DNA of 64,000 bases from a bacterium. Its GTDB lineage: Bacteria > Bacteroidota > Ignavibacteria > SZUA-365. The position numbers were made by a program, and so were the translations under genes. How positions within the stretch are numbered: position 1 is the first letter of the stretch; the number at the start of each line of letters is the position of its first letter. Below the pieces are notes generated by a model that saw nothing but the letters and a program-made list of their open reading frames with translations, was not told the origin of the DNA and made no database searches. This document shows, in pieces, positions 28,501 to 35,995 of the stretch. The stretch is taken from contig JAHLLD010000002.1 of NCBI GenBank assembly GCA_020444325.1, positions 286,882 to 350,881 of the forward strand, in the 5' to 3' direction.

Positions 28501-30311
28501 GTCGTGTCGTACAGCTGCGGCGGAAGCATGCCCGGTGTCGCGACGGCCTCAGCAAAGAACGATGGGCTCTGACGTGTGCCCTGCATGTCGATGCTGAAGC
28601 GTTCGGCGCAGATGCCGAAATCGGCTTCGATGCCGAGGACGCCAGAGATTGTCTCCGCTCCCAGACGCGCCGGCTCAATCGTCACCGTCGTCGAAGTGCC
28701 GCCCGGAAGGGAATCCGGTGCGTTCACCAGTGTGAAGCCGGAAGGTACGTTGTAGCGGAGCACCGCCAGCTGACTGTGTGCGTTTTCGAGCACGATGTCG
28801 CGTTGAGGCAGCGGGTCGACACCGCAGGCGTTGACCAGTCCGAAATCAAGTTCAAATACGTCGGCTGTGACGGTGGGTGCGATGCGGGAGGCTTCGAGCT
28901 TGAAGAGAATCTCCTGACCGCATTTGTCCGCTGCCATGATGACGTTTTCGATAATGGTACCGCGCTGCATCGGTGTGGGAGCGAACTCGATATACATTTT
29001 TACCGAGTCGCGGGCCGGAATGGCCAGCGGGAAGATATTCGGATTCTTCAGCACGAAGCCTTCGCCGAGGTCAGGAGGCGTGCTGAAATCGACACCGTTG
29101 AGTCCTTCATTGAAAAGCGTCACTGTGATCAGATCGGTCGCCTTGTCCTGGCAGCTCAGGATGGAAGGCATGCCATCGACCGTTGCAGACAGACTTGTGC
29201 GGCCGATGCGGAGAATGACCGGAATTTCAATGGTGTTCGGATCGGTGAAATCGGAAGTCAGCTCGATAGTGCCGGCATGTGTTCCCGGACAGGGAATGGC
29301 CGAGGTGATGACTTCCACTTCGAGGGAGTCATTTCCCATACCGACGGTTTTCGACAGGCGCAGCCATGGGACTGTAGGTGTGGCCGTCCATGTATAGCAA
29401 CTGAGTCCGCTGTTGGTGATGTACACCTTCTGCGGATCCGGCGGATTCTGTGTCACTACGAAGGTATCGAGTTCGGAAACCGTCACGGGGAAAGTGCGCG
29501 GGGCGTAGTTCGCAATCACCGTCTTGTTGCTGGTCATGCTGACCGTGAGAAGGTTGTTGGTACCGGATGCGTCACCCGACCAGTGCGAGAACACATAGCA
29601 GGTATCCGGGGCCGGAAGATTCAGGGCCACGAGTCCAACACCCGTCCCCGGTGCATAATCAGGCAGCAGCGGGAATCGCAGCACCTGTCCCTTGCCCGGG
29701 GGATTCACTTCAACGTTCAGCGTATATCGTGTGGGAGGCGGATCGCCATACGTTACCTCAATGAGGTAGCGGTTCGTGCCGACCGGGAGTTCCACCTGCG
29801 CCAGGGAACTCATATCCTCATCCACAATGGTGGGATCGGGATACGACACCAGACGCATGCTGGAAATGCCCGTGGCGAGGGGAAGGCTCCATTTCATCCA
29901 GGTTGTCGTCGCACCCGGGTCACGACGGACCCGAAGCTCGAAGGTCTGGGAGATGGGAGGAGCGGTGAAAATACCGCGAAGATCCTTGACGACACCGTTC
30001 CCGAGTATGGATGGCGTGCGGATATCGTTGTCGATCAGACGGGCATCGTAATTGCCGGGAACATAGGGGGGAAGCTCGACTTCACCCAGTCCCGCATCGA
30101 TGCCGTCGGATGCCGACGCATGAATGCCGATACGCAGGTCGGTGCTGTTGGCGACGTTGTCAAATACCGTCAGAACTGTCTGAATGTTCTGAGCAGCAGC
30201 CTGCTGCGTTCCCGAGGCCAGGAAGACAAGCAGTACCGCCGGTATCAACAACAGGAGCCGGGGTCTCGTAGTAACGGACGATGGCATAATCAACCTCTTA
30301 ACCTGTTGCAA
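25533..30311 (-). CDS. giant T9SS-secreted cell-surface protein with multiple choice-of-anchor-D/ASH (HYDIN-like) Ig-fold repeats and a type-A Por secretion C-terminal domain
   Basis: 1592 aa. Signal peptide. At least 8 repeats of the FG[DE][IV]..C.DG..........[IV].N.G..PL.[IV] type. C-terminus LYNLLGVETDVIHRGMLKSGAYSFRYQADRMRPGVYFVVMTTGTFRSAQKLIIAN is a canonical type-A T9SS CTD (TIGR04183-like). Confidence 0.85.
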   Translation of the reverse strand: MQQVKRLIMPSSVTTRPRLLLLIPAVLLVFLASGTQQAAAQNIQTVLTVFDNVANSTDLRIGIHASASDGIDAGLGEVELPPYVPGNYDARLIDNDIRTPSILGNGVVKDLRGIFTAPPISQTFELRVRRDPGATTTWMKWSLPLATGISSMRLVSYPDPTIVDEDMSSLAQVELPVGTNRYLIEVTYGDPPPTRYTLNVEVNPPGKGQVLRFPLLPDYAPGTGVGLVALNLPAPDTCYVFSHWSGDASGTNNLLTVSMTSNKTVIANYAPRTFPVTVSELDTFVVTQNPPDPQKVYITNSGLSCYTWTATPTVPWLRLSKTVGMGNDSLEVEVITSAIPCPGTHAGTIELTSDFTDPNTIEIPVILRIGRTSLSATVDGMPSILSCQDKATDLITVTLFNEGLNGVDFSTPPDLGEGFVLKNPNIFPLAIPARDSVKMYIEFAPTPMQRGTIIENVIMAADKCGQEILFKLEASRIAPTVTADVFELDFGLVNACGVDPLPQRDIVLENAHSQLAVLRYNVPSGFTLVNAPDSLPGGTSTTVTIEPARLGAETISGVLGIEADFGICAERFSIDMQGTRQSPSFFAEAVATPGMLPPQLYDTTCVGEYSEAKSIRIVNNGTAELLMTIGVAAPFEIDAFSNTFPLQPGADRVVPIRFHPTAPGLFEETLTISANLCDLEASVDLRGVTFSQQLLTSSVTPPSITLANCEPSAKMLLQVYNAGTEPVRFEDLPALPNGFAWDEALRLPIVIPPDSMNPFEAYIRFEPPLGDGGSFGGSVQWFGKPCGSTVYFTLAGERVLPQVSITPETLDFGEIISCADGASGPSRVITIENNSPLPVTLNALAEASKYELRLGPIPFPTQGVEIAANDSREIDVIARPGMGGKFSDTLELEIIAGTGGYCRETFPVVLRGERYEPRFLVRENGYSTNFGDVCVDGSVVRGFIVENTGDKRLTVMTDGFTALSPFQLLAKPFKITLEPGAYREFPIRYNPLQVGIDAQTIFFSSDYCSDSVAFTVRGRGVQPFFEVTDVSPQGRLEVLSCETSKSRQITASVQNTGPTPVTVQDGSLLPEGFVYDPPEQFPFTLQPSQSRNVIVRFTATEPGDYSGLVTLFGAPCDIQAAFPVQATVINSSYTLEPQALDFGDILLCPDGFVHPDDQAQLEQKLIFRNTGAVPLEISGQIQPANSPVRFMAPLSWPLIVAAGASQEITVAVQPPFDEQDRDFSGVLEVTTVRDMRCVPETKVIPFAGQLSRVSYAFVQDTLGATATCATEPVMLQAELMNNGDVDLTLTLHIDGSSAFSFESGQTQLTIPAHDRAAVNVLYTPMEGESNAATLYAMENRCGSEISVAMNVEYERPAFAISASENGGTAPQLSARPGDIVEIPVFVTEDLVCEIENGTLSFDLNFDGISLNPDHVSAGQGSAEFARTGANSLTVTVSASRFTAGPLVRISMEVLVGRTSSTEWSISNAALEPDIAQITADDGTSGTITIRPRNGVTTLADLGITSLTPPRPNVLDGKTGRETQIQVSVDRDSYVEIKLYNLLGVETDVIHRGMLKSGAYSFRYQADRMRPGVYFVVMTTGTFRSAQKLIIAN

Positions 30312-30518
30312 TTAAAGAGACTACTACCATTAACTTAAGTACTTTATGAGAAAAATGCAGTAAAAATCAAGTTTTTGTCCAAAAAAATATTTGAGGGTTT
30401 TCGGCCTGCTTTTTGGCGCATTTAACGCCGTTCTCATATCAATTCACGGAGATTATTGCTACATTCATCGTGCAAACAGTCCCTTTATATAGTAGCAAAC
30501 CGGCATGGGAGTCACTGT

Positions 30519-31271
30519 ATGCTAACGTTGTACCTGGCATGTCTCGTTTTCGGCGGCGTGCTGCTGACCATCTCGCTCTTTGCTGGAGGGGATGCGGATG
30601 CGGACGTGGATCACGGCATGGATCTGCAGGGTGATGTCGATATGGACCACTCCATCGATCTGCATGGTGACGTCGACATGGACCATACGCTGGATCTCCA
30701 GGGTGACGTGGATACCGCGGTCGATCTCCAGGCTGAATTCGGGGAAGGGGACCTCCCGGCGGATATGACAGTGGACGGGGGACATCCGGCCGTGGACACG
30801 GTGCAGGATATTGAGAGTGGGGGACATGGGACTTCCGCGCTGTCCGCTGCCTTCGAATTTTTCAGCTTCCGCAATATGGTGTACATGACCACGTTTTTCG
30901 GTTTGACCGGGAGCGTGTTAAGCTGGCTCACCATGCCGTTCGGACTTACCCTCGGGTCCTCCATCGGCATGGGACTGTTTGCCGGGGTCGTCGGCCATCG
31001 ATTCATGCGCTACCTCAAAGGCTCGGAATCCGGCGACGCCCTGCATATCGCCAGCCTCATCGGGCACGTTGCGGTCGTGACGCTGCCGGTGACGAAATTC
31101 CGTCGCGGGAAGGTGCGTGTCGAGGCGGCGGGGCAAATCGTAGAGCTGCTTTCGCTGCTGCACGAATCCAGCGAGGCGGACGAAGTGCGACCGGGGGACC
31201 GCGTGTTCATCCTTGCTCTGGAAAAGGATGTGGTCCTGGTTGACAAAGGGGATTTTCTCGAGGAACGCTGA
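30519..31271 (+). CDS. NfeD-like membrane protein (flotillin-associated) with an Asp/His-rich tandem-repeat insert
   Basis: About 251 aa. N-terminal TM helix. C-terminal OB-fold segment (KVRVEAAGQIVELL...PGDRVFILALEKDVVLV), typical of short NfeD/YqiJ proteins. 49 nt upstream of the flotillin gene. Contains four 12-aa D.D.DH..DLQG repeats. Confidence 0.68.
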   Translation: MLTLYLACLVFGGVLLTISLFAGGDADADVDHGMDLQGDVDMDHSIDLHGDVDMDHTLDLQGDVDTAVDLQAEFGEGDLPADMTVDGGHPAVDTVQDIESGGHGTSALSAAFEFFSFRNMVYMTTFFGLTGSVLSWLTMPFGLTLGSSIGMGLFAGVVGHRFMRYLKGSESGDALHIASLIGHVAVVTLPVTKFRRGKVRVEAAGQIVELLSLLHESSEADEVRPGDRVFILALEKDVVLVDKGDFLEER

Positions 31272-31319
31272 CTGCATTTACCATCGCTATCCATACACAG
31301 CACAGAGTGACGTATCACC

Positions 31320-32681
31320 ATGGAAGAATTCATCGTATCAATTTTCGGTATCGCGCTGTTCGCGATCATCGTCATCATGGTTGCCATCAGCCGTTTGCTT
31401 CTGATCTGTCATCCCAACGAAGTCATCGTCCTTTCCGGACGCAAGCGCAAACTCTCGGACGGTTCCATGGTCGGGTACCGTCTCATCCGCGGGGGACGCG
31501 CGATTCGCGTGCCGCTGATCGAGAAAGCCGCGCGCATGTCTCTTGAAACCATTCCTCTCGACCTGAGCGTCATGAACGCATATTCCAACGGGGGTATTCC
31601 ACTCAAAGTGGAGGCGATCGCCAATATCAAGATCGACAGCAGCGAGCCAACTTTTGGTAATGCCGTCGAACGTTTTCTCGGGAAATCCATGGCGGAGATA
31701 CATGAAATCGCAAAGGACACACTCGAGGGTAACCTGCGTGGCGTACTCGCAACACTGACCCCCGAAGAAGTCAACGACGATCGCCTCAAATTCGCCGGCA
31801 GTTTGATTGAAGAGGCGGATACCGATCTGAAGGCGCTCGGACTGCAGCTCGATACCCTGAAAATACAGAATGTCTCCGACGACGCCGGATATCTCGACAG
31901 CATCGGCCGCAGGAAAACCGCGGAGGTGCTTTCGAATGCGCGTAAGGCGGAAGCCGAAAGGAAGTCTGAAGCTGAGCAGTCCGAAGCCGATGCGCAGCAG
32001 AGGGCCGAGGTGGCCAAGGCCAATGCGAAGAAGGAAATCGAATCCGCGCAGATCAATGCCGAACGCACTATCAATGTAACCAAGGCCAAGGCGCAGCAGG
32101 ACGTTGAGATCGAGAATAACAACCTCCGCATCAAGAAGGCGGAACTCGAGCGCGAAGCGATCATCAAGGAGAAAGAAGCGGAAGTCGCCGGAGAAAAGGC
32201 GCGCGTTGTGTACGAGCAGGCCATGGAGCAGGAACGCATCGAACTGCAGAAAAAGCGTCTCACCGCCGATGTCATCGAACCGGCCCGCGCGAAGAAGGAG
32301 GCCATGGAACTAGAGGCCAAGGGCGACGCCGCCAAGATCATTGAAAACGGACTCGCGAACGTGAACATCCTCAACCAGATGATTAGCGCGTACAAGACGG
32401 CAGAAGGCGACGGAGAGAAGGTGTTCATCCTGAACATGCTGCCGGAAATCATCAATCAGCTGGTCGGTACTGTCGGCAAGCTCAACATCGACAAAATTTC
32501 TGTGGTGGACAGCGGCAGCGGCAAAACGGTTGGTGGACTCATGGGCCAGCTCCCTTCCGCGGTGATTTCCCTCAACGAAATCATTGAAAACGCCACAGGC
32601 GTGAACATCCTCAGCAATTTCAAAAAAGAAGAACTCCAGGCCGCCACGAAAAAAATCGACAATCTGACCCCCGAACAATAA
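31320..32681 (+). CDS. flotillin (SPFH/band-7 family, YqiK/FloA-like)
   Basis: 453 aa. N-terminal TM helix, SPFH domain, then a long Ala/Glu/Lys-rich coiled-coil (EA repeats) and a flotillin C-terminal region. Confidence 0.9.
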   Translation: MEEFIVSIFGIALFAIIVIMVAISRLLLICHPNEVIVLSGRKRKLSDGSMVGYRLIRGGRAIRVPLIEKAARMSLETIPLDLSVMNAYSNGGIPLKVEAIANIKIDSSEPTFGNAVERFLGKSMAEIHEIAKDTLEGNLRGVLATLTPEEVNDDRLKFAGSLIEEADTDLKALGLQLDTLKIQNVSDDAGYLDSIGRRKTAEVLSNARKAEAERKSEAEQSEADAQQRAEVAKANAKKEIESAQINAERTINVTKAKAQQDVEIENNNLRIKKAELEREAIIKEKEAEVAGEKARVVYEQAMEQERIELQKKRLTADVIEPARAKKEAMELEAKGDAAKIIENGLANVNILNQMISAYKTAEGDGEKVFILNMLPEIINQLVGTVGKLNIDKISVVDSGSGKTVGGLMGQLPSAVISLNEIIENATGVNILSNFKKEELQAATKKIDNLTPEQ

Positions 32682-32835
32682 TCAAGGGGAACATCAATCA
32701 AGGGGAACACAGATCTGCGCGGATTCTACGGATTTGCACGGAGAAGGTAGAAAGAACTCGCCATAATCTCCGTGAAAATCCGTAGGATCCGTGAGAATCC
32801 GTGTTACCATTGATTGATGTTACCCCTTGATTGTA
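32680..32835. repeat. ~155-bp palindromic intergenic element (MITE/REP-like), also a likely transcription stop for the flotillin gene
   Basis: Terminal inverted repeats aatcaaggggaacatcaatcaaggggaacac (32680-32710) and gtgttaccattgattgatgttaccccttgattg (32801-32833). Internal AATCCG[T] repeats in opposite orientations. A related degenerate copy lies at 17592-17658. Confidence 0.6.
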
Positions 32836-32899
32836 ATTGCCTGTTGGTCGCGGGAAGTGTACTTTTCAGGATTGCTCGTTTTTTACCGAAGAGGAACAC

Positions 32900-33514
32900 G
32901 TGAAAAAGTATTTCGTCCTGACCATTGCCGCACTCATGGTAACTGCCTGCGGCAGCGATAAAGATAAGACCGAACAGTCCGCCCAGCAGGAAGAATCTCC
33001 TGTCGTACGCATGCCCTTTGCGGAGGATTCCGAGGTCCCGGAGCCGTCTCCGGATGCGCTCGCCCCTGCGGAGAATATTCCGGATGAGGATCTGCCCGAT
33101 CTGAGCAAGCTCAGTACTGTTGAGCGGCAGATCTTCCGGAGAACGGTAAGTATCCAGGTCCCGTACTACGACGCGCTGGAGAAATGGGCCGATGCTGCCA
33201 ACGATATCAAGAAGGGAAGTGACGCCGCAAAGTCCCTTCGCAAATACATCGCGCTGCAGAATGATTTCGCCATCGAGATGCAGCAGATCGATGCGGAGTT
33301 CGCCGGGAAGATTGATGCGAACTATCAGGGTAGCCAGGAATTCCAGCGTGTGCTGGATGCCTACCTGAACGATCCGGATTTGATGCGGCGCACGGATTAC
33401 ATCATGCGTAGTTACATGTCTCTGATTCAGCGTTTCAAGGATGATCCTGCATGTAAGGATGTATTCGCCGATATCGAGCGTATGGCGCGTGAGGCGCAGC
33501 AGCAGATGCAGTAA
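32900..33514 (+). CDS. hypothetical lipoprotein
   Basis: About 204 aa from a GTG start (VKKYFVLTIAALMVTACGSDKDK). Signal peptide plus lipobox-like MVTAC. Acidic, helical. Start uncertain; the ORF track begins at 32837. Confidence 0.4.
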   Translation: MKKYFVLTIAALMVTACGSDKDKTEQSAQQEESPVVRMPFAEDSEVPEPSPDALAPAENIPDEDLPDLSKLSTVERQIFRRTVSIQVPYYDALEKWADAANDIKKGSDAAKSLRKYIALQNDFAIEMQQIDAEFAGKIDANYQGSQEFQRVLDAYLNDPDLMRRTDYIMRSYMSLIQRFKDDPACKDVFADIERMAREAQQQMQ

Positions 33515-33538
33515 GGTTGGTTACGGAGCGGATGAAGA

Positions 33539-35464
33539 TCAGTCTTCGAGCCGCTGGGCAAACTCCAGCCATTTGTCAGATAATTCTTCGATACGCGCAT
33601 CAATCTCCCTGATGCGCTCCCCGATTTCGGCCAGGCGGGCATAGTCCCCGCCTGCGCCATTTTCCAGCTCATCTGAAAGCGTCGCTTTTTCTTCCTCCAG
33701 GGACTGGATGTCGGTTTCCAGTTTTTCGAAGGCGCGTTCTTCCTTCCAGGTCAGTTTCTTCGGATTTTTTATCGGACGCGGCTCCGCGGGCTGCCTGGTC
33801 GAGGTGTTCTTCTGCACACGCTCCTGCGTTTCCGCTTCCTGCTGTGCTTCTGCTTCCTTGCGCTCCAGATATGAAGTGTAATTTCCGGGATACTGGCGAA
33901 TCTGTCCCTCACCGTCAAATGAATAGATGTAATCGACCGTGCGGTCGAGAAACATCCTGTCGTGGGAGACGATGACGAGGAAGCCGAGGAAGTTGGTCAG
34001 GTATTCTTCGAGAGCGGACATCGTCTGCAGATCGAAATCATTCGTCGGTTCGTCGAGGAAGAGCACATTCGGATTGTTCATCAGCACGATGAGCAGGGCC
34101 AGGCGGCGGCGTTCTCCGCCCGAAAGAGTGCCGACCAGCGCTCCCTGTTTTTTATGGGGGAAATGGAATTTTTTCAGCATATCCGTCGCCGAGAGATAGC
34201 GGTCTCTTCCCACACCCGTGTCGATGTACTCCGCCACTTCACGCAGCGTGGCGATGACACTTTTACTTGGATCGAAGTCCGTGTTTTCCTGCCGGAAATA
34301 ACCGATGCGTACGGAGCTCCCGATCTTCACACTTCCTTCGTCGGGCTCGATGTTCCCGCAGAGCACGTTGAGCAGGGTGGATTTCCCGCAGCCATTGGGT
34401 CCGATAATGCCGATGCGATCACCTGCCGTTGCGCGATAGGTGAAATGCTCGAAAAGGAGCTTGCCGCCTATGCTCTTTGCGATATTGACAGCGTCGATGA
34501 TTTTGCTGCCGAGGAAGCTGTCGCCCACTTCGATCTTGATGCGTTTTTCCTGCACCGGTTTTGGTGCCGCATGCATCTTCGCGATCCAGTCGATGCGGCT
34601 TTTCTGTTTGCTCCGTCTCGCCCGCGCTCCGCGCTGTAGCCAGGCAAGTTCCTGCCGCAGTTTCGAGCGTGTGCGTTCGGCTTCTGCCTCCTGTGCGTTT
34701 ATCATCGATTCGCGCCGCTCGAGGTATTGCTCATAGTTGCCGGGGAAACTGATGAGCTGCTGCTGATCCATTTCCACAATACGATTGACCACGGCGTCGA
34801 GAAAATAGCGGTCATGGGTGATCAGCAGCAGGGCGCGGGGGGACTGCTGAAGGCGGTCCTGCAGCCACTGCACGGAATCCGCATCCAGGTGATTTGTCGG
34901 TTCGTCGAGGATAAGCAAATCCGGATCGCGCAGCAGTGCACGCGCAAGTGCGACGCGCTTTCGTTGTCCGCCCGACAGTCGGCGCACATCCGCGTCAAAC
35001 TCCTGCACACCGAGTTTCTGCAGGATGATGCGTGCGTCCGTTTCCAGCGACCAGCCCTGCACATGCTCGATGCGCTCCGTTACGGTATCGAGTTCCTTCT
35101 GCAACGCTGCATCGTGCGACTTCGCGACGAGGCCGCACAGCTGCTCATGCCTGTCGAGCAGATCCCGTACCTCGCTTCTGCCATCGAGTACTGCATCAAG
35201 CACCGTCTGCTCTACGGGAAAGGATGGCATCTGCTCAAGGTATTCGAACGTGGCCTTGCTGTTGAAGGCGACCTTCCCGTCATCCGCATCTTCCGTGCCC
35301 GCAATGATGCGCAGCAACGTCGTCTTGCCCACGCCGTTCTTCCCGATAATGCCCACACGTTCGCCTTCCTCCATACCGAAGGCCACATCCGTAAATAGCG
35401 GCTGCTCGTGAAATGTCTTACTGAGTCCGTTGGTTGAAAACAATACCATGCATGCAATGTACAT
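33539..35464 (-). CDS. ABC-F family ATPase (tandem ABC domains, no TMD; translation-factor type)
   Basis: 641 aa. Two Walker A sites (GKNGVGKTT, GPNGCGKST), two signature motifs (LSGGQRKRVALA, LSGGERRRLALL), an inter-domain linker and a C-terminal coiled-coil. Confidence 0.9.
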   Translation of the reverse strand: MYIACMVLFSTNGLSKTFHEQPLFTDVAFGMEEGERVGIIGKNGVGKTTLLRIIAGTEDADDGKVAFNSKATFEYLEQMPSFPVEQTVLDAVLDGRSEVRDLLDRHEQLCGLVAKSHDAALQKELDTVTERIEHVQGWSLETDARIILQKLGVQEFDADVRRLSGGQRKRVALARALLRDPDLLILDEPTNHLDADSVQWLQDRLQQSPRALLLITHDRYFLDAVVNRIVEMDQQQLISFPGNYEQYLERRESMINAQEAEAERTRSKLRQELAWLQRGARARRSKQKSRIDWIAKMHAAPKPVQEKRIKIEVGDSFLGSKIIDAVNIAKSIGGKLLFEHFTYRATAGDRIGIIGPNGCGKSTLLNVLCGNIEPDEGSVKIGSSVRIGYFRQENTDFDPSKSVIATLREVAEYIDTGVGRDRYLSATDMLKKFHFPHKKQGALVGTLSGGERRRLALLIVLMNNPNVLFLDEPTNDFDLQTMSALEEYLTNFLGFLVIVSHDRMFLDRTVDYIYSFDGEGQIRQYPGNYTSYLERKEAEAQQEAETQERVQKNTSTRQPAEPRPIKNPKKLTWKEERAFEKLETDIQSLEEEKATLSDELENGAGGDYARLAEIGERIREIDARIEELSDKWLEFAQRLED

Positions 35465-35496
35465 CGAATGCAGTCAAATCCCCGAATTGGCAATTT

Positions 35497-35925
35497 GCAG
35501 ATGGCAGATTGCAGATTACAGATTGCAGATTACAGATTACAGATTACAGATTGCAGATGGCAGATGGCAGATGGCAGATTGCAAATTGGGCAGGAGCGGG
35601 GATTGCTTCCCACGGCGTGTCCCCGGATGCTTGCCTGGCGCCCGGAAGCAATCCCTGATTTGCGGAACATGGAAGTATTGAAAGATCGAATAATGGAATC
35701 ATAAGGATGATGTCATATTTCCATTTTCCATCATTTCATTTTTCCATACTCAGCGTTCCTCCGGTAGCACTCAGAATCAGGGATTGCTTCCGGGCTTTGC
35801 GCAGGTATCCGGGAACACGCCGAGGGAAGCAATCCCTGCTCCTGCCGAGTTTGTAATCTGTAATCTGTAATCTGTAATCTGTAATCTGCAATCTGCCATA
35901 TGGAATATGGAATCTGTTATCTGGA
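35497..35925. repeat. ~430-bp composite inverted-repeat element: heptamer (RCAGATK)n array plus hairpin module on each arm, flanking a 106-bp AT-rich core
   Basis: Left arm 35497-35660: 13 tandem heptamers (GCAGATG/GCAGATT/ACAGATT), then ggcaggagcgGGGATTGCTTCC-33nt-GGAAGCAATCCCtgatt. Right arm 35767-35925 is the ~85%-identical reverse complement (tcagGGATTGCTTCC...GGAAGCAATCCCtgctcctgcc, then (GTAATCT)n). The core 35661-35766 is about 70% AT. The element lies between divergent ABC-F (-) and M20 peptidase (+) starts. Confidence 0.85.
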
Positions 35926-35995
35926 CTGATTTTTTGTATATTCCTCAATTCACGTCTAAATCGCCCAATTTCGTGCACCAGCAGGAGCTATAGTG

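Noticed and set aside
27054-30338. 1094-aa plus-strand ORF (and 26373..27050; 27628..28155 and others)
   Set aside because: Antisense to the giant T9SS cargo gene, which has a signal peptide, repeated ASH domains and a canonical CTD on the minus strand.
31409-32455. 348-aa minus-strand ORF
   Set aside because: Antisense to the flotillin gene. Ser/Ala-rich low-complexity translation of the EA-repeat coiled-coil region.
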